Shown here: positions 1 through 9,305 of the stretch, piece by piece | How the letters are laid out: every line of letters begins with the position of its first letter | Position numbering within the stretch: the stretch's first letter is position 1 | Origin: a virus | Reading direction: 5' to 3' (one strand) | Virus record (IMG/VR): IMGVR_UViG_3300022666_000049 | Coordinates: 8,771-72,770 of that record | DNA: 64,000 nucleotides | Notes under the pieces: generated by a model | Seen by the model: only the letters and a program-made list of their open reading frames with translations | Told to the model about the DNA's origin: nothing | Databases searched by the model: none | Translations under genes and position numbers: made by a program

Positions 1-2473
1 CTGAGGCTGTTACACTACCAATAAATAAACTTTCGCTACTACTTAGCCATACACCGCCCTGACCATTAGCATCACCTGTACGCATGCGCCCAGTAACTGC
101 AAAATCTATACTAGTACCACCTGTACCAAGTATGTTTGCACTTCCAGATACTTGTAGCTTATTTACACCATTGTCTGTAGCTGTTCCTACAAGAAAATTG
201 CCAGTTATTCCTGTAACAATTTTAGAGCCATCCAATTGTAACGGCTTGTATTGAGAGAGATCCCGATCATAAGATACGAGATATCCTATACCTCCTGTAT
301 ACTGGAGTTCAGTTCCAACTCCTGTTGTTAGGGTTGTATTCCCTTGTGCTCTAATGCCATTGGCGACAGTTACACACCCACCTTTTTGGGTTATTCCAAT
401 TTGGAATGAACCAGGCCCCCCATCATAAAGAGAAAAACTACCATCCGAATTTCCATTAAGGGCGAATCGTGGGCTTGTACCATTCCCTATAACAAATGAA
501 GTTTGTCCATCAGTTTGAGTTATTCCAAGTTTAGCAGCAGTTGAATGTAATGCAGCAGCTCCATTAAGGCCTAAGCTAGCAAACTGTGGTGTAGCAGCAG
601 TGTGTATACTTTGAGGTAAGCTTAGTGTGACGGCACCTGTAGAAGCTGAGACGTTTACTTGGTTTGCTGTTCCCGTTAAAGATGTAACTGCTGTTGTTAG
701 ATATGTATTTGTATCTAATGTCCAAGTGTCTGCTGCTGTCTTCTTAAGAAGTCCGCTTGTCCCAGCTATTGCAGCTATTGCAGTTAGATCTGCGTCTAAG
801 GGTTGCTTATTTCCAAGTTGAGTTTGAATCGCTGATGTTACACCGTCTAAGTAACCTACCTCTGTCATCGTTACTGCAGCCGGCCAGTCTGAGTGAGATC
901 CTGTTGTATGTGCAGTTGGTGTCCTTGCATCAGATAATCTAGAATCATTTCCCTGACAGAATGTTCCTGCACCAGTACCAAAGGATCCAGTGGTAAGAAC
1001 ACCAGAGGTTGTAGTTATAATTGGCAAGCTTGCAGTAGTGCCTATTGCACCTGCATTAGTGATATTGCCATGTGTATGAGATGTAGGAGTACGGGCATCG
1101 CTTAGTCTACTATCATTTCCAACACATGCTGTTGTTCCAGTAGTGCCATAAGATACCGAAACCGTCCCTGTTGCTACACTTAATCCTGTTCCTACTCTTA
1201 AGTGCCCTGCATTTGTTGCATCTCCATATCCATAAGTAGATGCATTGACTGCATGTGAAATAGGCGCTGCATCATTTGCTATTTCTGCGTTAACAAATGC
1301 GGTAGTTGCAAGTTGGGTTGTACTTGTTCCAGTGGCCGCTGTTGGGGCAGCTGGAGTCCCTGTGAATGTAGGAGATGCTATTGGTGCTCTACTTGTATCT
1401 GTTGGATGGACATGATCAGCCCTTGCAACTGTTGTAGATGTACCTATAGCTACAGAGCCATCCATTGAAGGATTTGTAGAAGATAAGGCTGTTATAGAGT
1501 TAAATGAAGTCCCAGATACTGCTGCAGGGAATGTTGCATTCTTATTTTCATCTACACTAAATATTCTTCTTTTTGCCATAGGGTAACCACCCCATAGCTG
1601 TATGTTATATATATTTATATTTTTAGAACGATAAGAGCCATTCCACGAAGGAATAAATACAACAGAAACTTCATGGAAATGTGTTCCAAGTATACCAGTT
1701 GGATGAAATGGTATTGTGTCAAATGGTAAATATGCATGCCCTGGCCATTGGTTGATTGTTGCAGTCGATGAAGTGTGCTGTGTGTATGTCCCACTATCAT
1801 GTTTTTTGTATATGTGTATTTGTGATGCATGACCATTAGAGCTAAAATATGAATATAGTGCATTTAAATATACATAAGATGTAGCCCTAAATCTTACTCT
1901 AAAATATGCAGTTCCGTATGGAATTACTAAGTTGGAGCCGGAATCACCACCAACCAATCGTCTTTTATTTGTATCATCTACAGAATAAGTAGACCAGGTA
2001 GTCCCATCAGTTGAAGTTTCAATAAATAGATTAGCTATATCATGAAATTCTGTTTTATTATTAAACTGAGTTTCAAATAATCCCATCTCTGCTATAGAAG
2101 GGTCGCCAAGGTTTGAGCTTGGATATCCAGAACTTGTCTTAACTTTCAAATGACGCATTGATATAATACTATCTTGAAGTTCAGTTTCAGTATAGTATCT
2201 TCCATCATGAGTATGTGAATCATCTACTACTGTAGCAGTAAGTGTTCCATTCCCTAAATCTGTAAGAGTTACAGATCCAGTTAAATCACCGCCAAGTGTG
2301 ATTACAGGATCTGGTTTATTAGTTACGTTTGTCCAGTCTAGATAATAACTACCTTCTTGACCATCCAATTTATCTGCATTAAGATTTGCCACGAGCGTAT
2401 TTGAGGTTATCCCTAGTGGCGCTGTGCCACTAGGGACTCCAGTTATATCGACTGGCTTGAAAAACTTAGACAT
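1..2473 (-). CDS. Long tail fibre protein, partial (>=824 aa, runs off the left edge; absent from the ORF track)
   Basis: Manual translation from ATG at 2473 (SD GGAGGT upstream) is stop-free to base 1: MSKFFKPVDITG...NLNADKLDGQEG...DSHTHDGRYYTETE...QLWGGYPMAKRR...VARADHVHP...SPTFTGTPAAPTA...TTQLATTAFV...GNDSRLSDARTPT (x2). Thr/Gly/Ala-rich with HxH motifs typical of fibres; last gene of the baseplate/fibre cluster. Confidence 0.85.
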   Translation of the reverse strand, partial: MSKFFKPVDITGVPSGTAPLGITSNTLVANLNADKLDGQEGSYYLDWTNVTNKPDPVITLGGDLTGSVTLTDLGNGTLTATVVDDSHTHDGRYYTETELQDSIISMRHLKVKTSSGYPSSNLGDPSIAEMGLFETQFNNKTEFHDIANLFIETSTDGTTWSTYSVDDTNKRRLVGGDSGSNLVIPYGTAYFRVRFRATSYVYLNALYSYFSSNGHASQIHIYKKHDSGTYTQHTSSTATINQWPGHAYLPFDTIPFHPTGILGTHFHEVSVVFIPSWNGSYRSKNINIYNIQLWGGYPMAKRRIFSVDENKNATFPAAVSGTSFNSITALSSTNPSMDGSVAIGTSTTVARADHVHPTDTSRAPIASPTFTGTPAAPTAATGTSTTQLATTAFVNAEIANDAAPISHAVNASTYGYGDATNAGHLRVGTGLSVATGTVSVSYGTTGTTACVGNDSRLSDARTPTSHTHGNITNAGAIGTTASLPIITTTSGVLTTGSFGTGAGTFCQGNDSRLSDARTPTAHTTGSHSDWPAAVTMTEVGYLDGVTSAIQTQLGNKQPLDADLTAIAAIAGTSGLLKKTAADTWTLDTNTYLTTAVTSLTGTANQVNVSASTGAVTLSLPQSIHTAATPQFASLGLNGAAALHSTAAKLGITQTDGQTSFVIGNGTSPRFALNGNSDGSFSLYDGGPGSFQIGITQKGGCVTVANGIRAQGNTTLTTGVGTELQYTGGIGYLVSYDRDLSQYKPLQLDGSKIVTGITGNFLVGTATDNGVNKLQVSGSANILGTGGTSIDFAVTGRMRTGDANGQGGVWLSSSESLFIGSVTAS

Positions 2474-2494
2474 ATTTTTAACCTCCAGTTATTT

Positions 2495-3883
2495 TTATCC
2501 TATAACAATAACTCTGAATTGATTGCTGGTGGGAGCTGTTGCAAATATAATTTTTACATTATTTGCATCAACAGTCTGGATGTCTGGGAAGACATAATCA
2601 TAAGTGGAAGCAACATGTTTTACCTGAACAATAACATCAGTAGAGTTTAAGTTATGAGTTACTGTAAATTCAGTTAAAGCACCATTGCCTATTGATGTTG
2701 CGTACTTAGAGGTATATGTTCCTGTATGAGTGTGAGAAGGTAAATCTCCTGCTGTGACAGCAGTATTGCCTGATACACGACCATAACTATCTATAGTAAT
2801 TTTAACAAAGCTTGAGCCAGCGCCCTGTGTTACAGTTGCTAAATCAATTGAGTCTGCATTAGCTACGATTCTTCCTGCTGTTCCAACAACATCTATTTGA
2901 TTGCCTGTCTTAGTTAAGCCATTGCCAGCAGCAATTTGTCCTGCCCCTGAAGTTTGAGTAAATACAAGAGCAGTAGTATTTAAAGTTATTGGGTCATTTG
3001 TAGTTAAGGTATAGCCATTATCTCCATTTGCTGTACCTTCTGATATGAAGACAAACATACCAGCTTTAACTTCACTAGAAGCATCAGCATCAGCAACCCT
3101 TGTTAATACAGCAGTTGATCCATCTGCTCCTGTATCTGTTACATAATATATACCATTCTGCCATCCTTCTGACTGGTCTTTTAATAAAACCCTATCATTT
3201 AATGCAACTGCAACACCATCTATTGTTAACTGCCCTTTGGCTGTTGTTGTAAATGTATTGGCATTAAATGTTCCTGCAATGTTTGCTGTACTTGCAACTC
3301 TAGCCGATGTCTTGTATGATATGCCATTTACTCTAGCATCTAGTGTTTGTAGGTTAACTATGTCTAGAGATGCAGATGGATCGGACACTTGCGCCCTACC
3401 ATTAGCATCGCGTATCACTAATGTACTGACAGTATTGCCTGAAGTTGCATTGTCTAGTTTAGTCTTATCTGCACCTGGCATAAATCCATCAACACCAGAT
3501 GTAGCTAATCCAGGCATTGCGTGGACGTGATCAGCTCTTGCAACAGAAGAGGATGTACCTGTTACAGCAGATGCTCCTATAGTTTCTGCTGTAGGACTAA
3601 CTGCTGCTCCTAATGGGTGAACGTGATCTTCTCTCGCATATTTTATCGCTGTTCCAACTGCCCCTGCTCCTCCAGCTAGTACAGTCCCTGGAGTAGCTGT
3701 TGCAGGATCTACCGTTGATGTTGAAACCCATGTAGTGCCATTGTATACAAATGTTTGATGCACAGTTGTATCATGATAAATTTGACCTTCTACTGGAGTA
3801 GAAGGTGCGGATGCTAGGTTTTGTATTCTAGCATTTTGTAACTCGTTTTTACTCAAATCTAAATTGTTTAAAAACTTAGGCAT
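2495..3883 (-). CDS. Tail fibre / fibre-associated structural protein (462 aa)
   Basis: Thr/Ala/Gly-rich; repeats YAREDHVHP and VARADHVH; SHTH motif; LNDRVLLKDQ...QNGIY motif common in fibre proteins; C-terminal FTVTHNLNSTDVIVQV small beta domain; lies between two fibre-like genes. Confidence 0.75.
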   Translation of the reverse strand: MPKFLNNLDLSKNELQNARIQNLASAPSTPVEGQIYHDTTVHQTFVYNGTTWVSTSTVDPATATPGTVLAGGAGAVGTAIKYAREDHVHPLGAAVSPTAETIGASAVTGTSSSVARADHVHAMPGLATSGVDGFMPGADKTKLDNATSGNTVSTLVIRDANGRAQVSDPSASLDIVNLQTLDARVNGISYKTSARVASTANIAGTFNANTFTTTAKGQLTIDGVAVALNDRVLLKDQSEGWQNGIYYVTDTGADGSTAVLTRVADADASSEVKAGMFVFISEGTANGDNGYTLTTNDPITLNTTALVFTQTSGAGQIAAGNGLTKTGNQIDVVGTAGRIVANADSIDLATVTQGAGSSFVKITIDSYGRVSGNTAVTAGDLPSHTHTGTYTSKYATSIGNGALTEFTVTHNLNSTDVIVQVKHVASTYDYVFPDIQTVDANNVKIIFATAPTSNQFRVIVIG

Positions 3884-3897
3884 TATACACCCCTTAC

Positions 3898-4986
3898 TTA
3901 ATTAAGATAGGCCTTCCCTGAGAATGATGCTGAGAATCTTACAACTACTACATCGAGTGTAGTATATTCAATATCTCCAATCACACAGCTATTTGCGCTA
4001 TCTACGACTGTGACTGATGGGTACTTGCTCAAAGTATGACTTATTACCCATGTATTTGTTGGAACCGATTGGTTCCATATAAATGACTTATCTCCTGTTG
4101 TTATATCATCAAGAGTAGCAACAGTTTTTAAATTACCTAATTCTCCTACTTTAAACTTATCGTCAGTTTCATCAAATATAATCATGTAATCAGGGGAATC
4201 TCCCCTGTCTACTTTTATACCAGCTTGTCCTTCTGCTACTCCTGTTCCTGCTTCACCATTATTAATTGTGACAATATTGTCTTCTATTAATAGATTTGTA
4301 GCATTTACATTAACTGCTGCTCCTTCTATTGTAAGACCATTCTCTATATTTATAGAATCAACAGTAAGAACTCCATTAATATTTACTGTTGGAGCTGTTA
4401 TGTCTACTTGCTGTGTAGCACCTACCTGTACTTTTCCACCAACTCCCGTGGATTGTACATTTACTGAACTGTTTAATCCACTAGTTGAAAGCTCAACTCC
4501 ATTTTCAGATATAACTTTTGATTCGCCTGCTCCTATTGTTTTTACAACAATAGACTGATCTCTGTCTGCCTTTATGTTTATGATATTAGCATCTGTACCA
4601 ATTATAGGAGTATCACCTAAGTATAATGTATTTCCACTTAAATATATCTCATCTATATATGCTTTGCTAAATCTGTAAGCTGGAGAACCAAGATTCCTTG
4701 TAGCTGTTATATTTGGAAGAAGATCTCCAAATATATTTACATTCTTTACCTCTATGTCAGTATATCTATTTATTACAGTTCCAACACCTGATACTGCTAT
4801 GGTTGTTATAGCCTGGTATAGTTGATCGTCTTGATCTGGGTCAAGAGGGATTCCTTGTCTGATTATTACATTTGCTATTTCTTCCTGAACTGTATTTAAC
4901 CAATCTGTAGTTATTACAGTTCTTGTCTCTCCTGTCAAAGCATTCTTTAGCTGGAATAGTCCATCTGATGTATTTATCCTTTGCAT
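3898..4986 (-). CDS. Tail fibre base / collar-like protein with Mu gpS-type N-terminus (362 aa)
   Basis: N-terminus MQRINTSDG...DWLNTVQEEIANVI...GIPLDPDQDDQLYQAI resembles, from recalled family motif, the baseplate-attachment N-terminus of Mu gp49-type fibres; C-terminal TWVISHTL..YPSVTVVD...FSGKAYLN module. Confidence 0.65.
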   Translation of the reverse strand: MQRINTSDGLFQLKNALTGETRTVITTDWLNTVQEEIANVIIRQGIPLDPDQDDQLYQAITTIAVSGVGTVINRYTDIEVKNVNIFGDLLPNITATRNLGSPAYRFSKAYIDEIYLSGNTLYLGDTPIIGTDANIINIKADRDQSIVVKTIGAGESKVISENGVELSTSGLNSSVNVQSTGVGGKVQVGATQQVDITAPTVNINGVLTVDSINIENGLTIEGAAVNVNATNLLIEDNIVTINNGEAGTGVAEGQAGIKVDRGDSPDYMIIFDETDDKFKVGELGNLKTVATLDDITTGDKSFIWNQSVPTNTWVISHTLSKYPSVTVVDSANSCVIGDIEYTTLDVVVVRFSASFSGKAYLN

Positions 4987-6717
4987 TTATTCCTCTTTGC
5001 CGGCTATTGCAATTCCAGCTATTGCTAGTCCCGCTATAGCTAGGTCTAATAATTCATAAGACGTTTTAACTGCATCATTATCCAGTCTGATATTAGATAT
5101 AGAATCATGTGTTATGATATATCCATTATCTGTATTATAGTAATATGTGTTGTATGCATTTGCTATTTTATAGCTATCCAACATAAGGTCTTTTGATGAT
5201 GAGAATTTGTATAGAACTGAATTTTCTGTGATTTGAAAATCTTCTACGTCAGGATCCATATATGTAGGAAATGTCGAAAAGGAATAATTATCTATAAAAT
5301 ATGTATTCTCTGTTATATCTGTACTGTATACATCTATTGTATTCTCTCCATATTGATCTATACTTGATAAATCTTTTGTAAATAATGGCTCTAAGTTCTT
5401 TTTGCCTATAAATATTGGAAGAGTTGATCTCTTAGCTCCAGAAGTTTCAAAAATTATTAAAGCACTATTGTTTACAAATAAATCTTCATATGGGATTTCT
5501 ATTTTGTTGTCTTCGATTCCCTCTTTATATAGGTCAAGTAACATATCTGACATGTATAAATCCCCATTGATATAGATATGCATCAACTCTATGTCATTTG
5601 TTTTACTTGAGGGAAATATGGTAAATGTTACCTTTTCACTATATTCATCAACCGTATACTTTACTTTTAATGATTGCTCTTTTGTTTTTAAAGCATCTAT
5701 CTTTTTGTCAAATGTATAAGGGATAAGTAAAGGGTAGCAGTGAAGCTTGTTTTTTGATGTAATAATGTATACCAAATCATCATCGTAATCTATAAAGTGG
5801 TTATAAATTATTTCATCAGTTGGCATATTTAAATCTATTATATGCTCTATATCATATCCTTTTGGATAAGATATATCATCTGTCATTTTGCGATAGAATA
5901 ATAGCTTCTTATTCTCTTTGTCTATATTGATTACAGTCTTATATTCATCAGCATATTCTCTATCAACAATATTGTTTTTCCATACTTCGATATCACCTGA
6001 TACATATGGATATAGGTTTATTGTTACAGTATATTTATTTCCTATAGAATATATATTGTTGATGAAACTGTATACATACTCTGACTTATAATCTATGACC
6101 TCTTCTATTGATATAATTTCTGAAATCTTATTATTGCTTGTATCAAAGCCTTCTATGCAAATATATACAATATCATCACTATAGGCTAGTGCGAATTGGT
6201 CAAATCCAGAATCCAATTTTATAGTAACTTTACTATTGTTAATTGGCTTGTTTATTGCTACCTTTTTACCTTCATTTAACAATAAGGTTTCTGGGCTTAT
6301 ATCAATATTCTCTAATTTATCTTTGAGGATAACATCACACGGATATGAAAACCTTGTGAACTCTTTGTCAGTATACACTCCGTGTAATTTATATATATTT
6401 CTTGTGTATTTGCTGTATCCATACATTGAAGAAAGATGAACTGTATCTTCTTCTGGAATTGATGTTGAATTTAGACTAAACCTATTTACTGAATCAATTG
6501 AGTTGTTTGGAATTAAATTATAATCAAATCTAATGTGATAGTTTAAATTCTCATATTGTGCATTTAACTCGTTTGATGCGCATTGCAATAGTCTAAATAT
6601 CAAAGATGAATCGTTTAGATATTTTAACATATTGGCACTTATTCCAAAGTAAGTGCCATAGTTAAATTTCGATATATTTTCTTTTGTTATCGCTGTAGGC
6701 TTGTAGTATACTATCAT
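4987..6717 (-). CDS. Putative baseplate wedge / structural protein (576 aa)
   Basis: Directly downstream of the baseplate J-like gene and upstream of fibre genes; no motif recognised; call rests on synteny. Confidence 0.45.
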   Translation of the reverse strand: MIVYYKPTAITKENISKFNYGTYFGISANMLKYLNDSSLIFRLLQCASNELNAQYENLNYHIRFDYNLIPNNSIDSVNRFSLNSTSIPEEDTVHLSSMYGYSKYTRNIYKLHGVYTDKEFTRFSYPCDVILKDKLENIDISPETLLLNEGKKVAINKPINNSKVTIKLDSGFDQFALAYSDDIVYICIEGFDTSNNKISEIISIEEVIDYKSEYVYSFINNIYSIGNKYTVTINLYPYVSGDIEVWKNNIVDREYADEYKTVINIDKENKKLLFYRKMTDDISYPKGYDIEHIIDLNMPTDEIIYNHFIDYDDDLVYIITSKNKLHCYPLLIPYTFDKKIDALKTKEQSLKVKYTVDEYSEKVTFTIFPSSKTNDIELMHIYINGDLYMSDMLLDLYKEGIEDNKIEIPYEDLFVNNSALIIFETSGAKRSTLPIFIGKKNLEPLFTKDLSSIDQYGENTIDVYSTDITENTYFIDNYSFSTFPTYMDPDVEDFQITENSVLYKFSSSKDLMLDSYKIANAYNTYYYNTDNGYIITHDSISNIRLDNDAVKTSYELLDLAIAGLAIAGIAIAGKEE

Positions 6718-6719
6718 AA

Positions 6720-7898
6720 TTATATATTCACTATTATGGCATCTGTTATTGGTTCTACAACTACTTTTTCTTGGTCAAAAATTGTTATAGAATCTATCTC
6801 ATCAAGATTGACAGTTTCACTTTGTCTAAGTTCGTCAGTTCCTCTAAATGTTTTAAATACTGTTATATCTACATCAGCTATGTCACTACTCATGTTTAGT
6901 ATAACTCTCTTTAAGTCTAATATATATAATTCTGATCCAGAAAAGTTATTTATGTATGACTCTAGCCCAGACTTGATCATTTTTGTAAACTGTACTGTAT
7001 TTGTAACATTTGTAGTAGATATTAAGGATATATTTGCGCTTAAGGAAATGCCTATATAGTCTGGCTTTACCACATTAAAATCTACCCAAGGAGTTACGCA
7101 ATTCTGCATTAAAGCAAGCTTGACACTTCCAATTACATCATCTGAGGTGATTGGTGTTATGCCTTGTACGTATGCTGTAAATGTCCCAGCTCCATCTTTT
7201 GCAGGATATACATATGCATCAGAAACACCTTTTACAGATCGAATTATATTCAATACGCCATCTAGATTAGATTGATTAACAAGCCTAAGATAGTTTTTAA
7301 TTCTATATCTATAATCTTCATCAGACTCTTTAGGTCTACCTGTTATAATAGGCATAGTATTTGTAACTAGAAGTGACTTGCTTTTGTAGTCTGAGTAGTT
7401 TGTAAAAGAATGTTCTGTTAGCACATTTGATTGTATTATATCATTTGGTCCTTGGATCAATGATGCGGATACATAATATTCTATATATGATGCAGGGAGT
7501 ATATATTCCTGGTCTAATACAAATCTTACTCCTGTTCCGGAAATAACTGTTCCTCTTGGTAAGATTATATCTTCATCATTATTTACTGCACCAAATGGTC
7601 TATCTCCTGTTGTGCTAAACTTAAGTGTTTTCATTGAAGAAGAGATATAAGGTTTCTGTGCTTGAATCCTTTCTATTCCAAAGAAATTACTTCCTATCTT
7701 GTCTAAGTGTGGGCCTACTGCAGAAGATATGCTATTGTTCTCAAAGTTTATATCTATCTTTAACTCTTGTTGATATGCTTCGTAAGCAAATGCTTGAGCA
7801 ATCTGGTAAGCAGTTGTTCCTGGAACTATATTTGTAAGTCCAGTTCTGTCTGTAATTAATTGTATAATATTTTCTAATTTATTGTAGTAGCTTGCCAA
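6720..7898 (-). CDS. Baseplate J-like wedge protein (392 aa)
   Basis: A.G..LDKIG...GIERIQA, ILPRGT, NxxPIITGRPKESDEDYRYRI, RSVKGVSDAYV...GAGTF pattern of the baseplate J / Mu gp47 family. Confidence 0.85.
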   Translation of the reverse strand: MASYYNKLENIIQLITDRTGLTNIVPGTTAYQIAQAFAYEAYQQELKIDINFENNSISSAVGPHLDKIGSNFFGIERIQAQKPYISSSMKTLKFSTTGDRPFGAVNNDEDIILPRGTVISGTGVRFVLDQEYILPASYIEYYVSASLIQGPNDIIQSNVLTEHSFTNYSDYKSKSLLVTNTMPIITGRPKESDEDYRYRIKNYLRLVNQSNLDGVLNIIRSVKGVSDAYVYPAKDGAGTFTAYVQGITPITSDDVIGSVKLALMQNCVTPWVDFNVVKPDYIGISLSANISLISTTNVTNTVQFTKMIKSGLESYINNFSGSELYILDLKRVILNMSSDIADVDITVFKTFRGTDELRQSETVNLDEIDSITIFDQEKVVVEPITDAIIVNI

Positions 7899-7902
7899 TT
7901 TA

Positions 7903-8298
7903 TCACCTATATGAGTTTTGATTTAATTGATCTATTATTACTCTGAATCCTTGTGACTTTGTTAGACCTGAATTTATCTTTATAAATACTTGTGCAACTT
8001 TATTCTCAGATGCTAGAGTAATTACTTCAAAGTCACTATCAGAGAATAGCCCTCCAGCACGTAATGATTTTGATACATCAAATACAATACCTGACTTTGA
8101 GTTCTCTAGATTTTGATACATATATTTTTCTAATCCTGCACCTATATCGTCTAGAATAAAATCATCTCCTCTTGCAGAAACACGTCTTTCTCCAGTTTTT
8201 ATAGTAGAGATATATTCATCATCTTCAAGAGATATATTTCCATTCTCTAGCACAAGATCATCTGATTCATCTGTTTTAAGGTCAATGATATATAGCAT
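7903..8298 (-). CDS. Putative baseplate wedge / sheath-initiator (gp25-like) protein (131 aa)
   Basis: DLKTDESDDLVLENGNISL start, DIGAGLEKY motif, size and position immediately upstream of the J-like gene. Confidence 0.6.
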   Translation of the reverse strand: MLYIIDLKTDESDDLVLENGNISLEDDEYISTIKTGERRVSARGDDFILDDIGAGLEKYMYQNLENSKSGIVFDVSKSLRAGGLFSDSDFEVITLASENKVAQVFIKINSGLTKSQGFRVIIDQLNQNSYR

Positions 8299-8300
8299 AA

Positions 8301-8534
8301 TTATTTATTCTGCCCATCAATTTTGTCTTGAATGGTTTTTGTTAGTCCTTTATTTATTCCATATAGTGCTATTATTACTCCACCTAGCATCAATGGTATA
8401 TCTGGTATTTCTAATTTTTTAAAGGCTATTACAGTACCCCATATAAAGTACATTATAATACAAATGAATCCGGTTATCCTGCAGAAGCTTGGATTCCCGT
8501 TGTCGGAAGTGAGCATTGATTTGAAAAATCCCAT
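8301..8534 (-). CDS. Small two-TM membrane protein, holin-like (77 aa)
   Basis: NPSFCRITGFICIIMYFIWGTVIAF and IPLMLGGVIIALYGINK hydrophobic segments, charged C-terminus. Confidence 0.55.
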   Translation of the reverse strand: MGFFKSMLTSDNGNPSFCRITGFICIIMYFIWGTVIAFKKLEIPDIPLMLGGVIIALYGINKGLTKTIQDKIDGQNK

Positions 8535-8559
8535 ATTTAACCACCTTTATGTTTGTTAA

Positions 8560-8934
8560 TTACTCTTTTGAAGGCTTAAGTCCTTCTAAAAATGCCCTTA
8601 CCATTTTAGGATAATTAGGCTCTTTATATTCTAATACTGGAATTGGAGTATATGTTGTAGAAGGTATTGTTGTAAGTAATTCATCGTTAAATACCCAGAA
8701 GCCATTAATCCTAACATTGCTCGGAGTATCTGCTAAGTGTGATGGACCTTTTATTATAGTGCCGTGTTCACATATCAACATTCCATTTTGTACATGAGTA
8801 ATATAGATTGCCTTATCTTGTATTAATAACTCTGCTGTACCTTTTAATGTTGAATACTTCCTCTCATCATTAGCAACTACAATTTTGCTCCCATCATCTA
8901 TTTCTACATCTGGTTCTCTTGGTAATGTTATCAT
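8560..8934 (-). CDS. Hypothetical baseplate-region protein (124 aa)
   Basis: Translationally coupled (ATGA overlap at 8931-8934) within the baseplate cluster; no motif recognised. Confidence 0.4.
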   Translation of the reverse strand: MITLPREPDVEIDDGSKIVVANDERKYSTLKGTAELLIQDKAIYITHVQNGMLICEHGTIIKGPSHLADTPSNVRINGFWVFNDELLTTIPSTTYTPIPVLEYKEPNYPKMVRAFLEGLKPSKE

Positions 8935-9305
8935 GGAATATTTACTCCCATTGCTATTGAAGAATTCTTATCCATAATCAATTCTTCATGGTTATTTGTT
9001 ATGGAGAGAATAAATGCTGTAGTGAAAGCATTTTTGTGCAACACCTTTACTACATCACCTACATTTGGAAATCCATTCTGACTATAATGAGCTTTGCCAA
9101 AGAACAATGGCACTTCAGTAATTACTATATCTTCTTTTGGCATATGGACTTCATATTCTGTTCTATCTTTACTAACGTCTTTTATGACACCTTTCGTAAT
9201 TTGAAAGGTGCTATTTGAATAGTCCTGAAGCTTTGATATAGAATCAGAATGTGATGCTATAGAATTTTGTAAATCTTGTATTGTTTTTGGTTCATAAAAA
9301 CTCAT
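8931..9305 (-). CDS. Putative baseplate spike OB-fold protein (gp5/gpV N-terminal-like, 124 aa)
   Basis: KGVIKDV...YEVHM...EVPLF...GFPNVGDVVKV pattern; directly follows the hub gene. Confidence 0.55.
   Translation of the reverse strand: MSFYEPKTIQDLQNSIASHSDSISKLQDYSNSTFQITKGVIKDVSKDRTEYEVHMPKEDIVITEVPLFFGKAHYSQNGFPNVGDVVKVLHKNAFTTAFILSITNNHEELIMDKNSSIAMGVNIP

Noticed and set aside
1615-1863. 82-aa minus-strand ORF
   Set aside because: Out-of-frame overlap inside the continuous 2473-to-edge fibre ORF.
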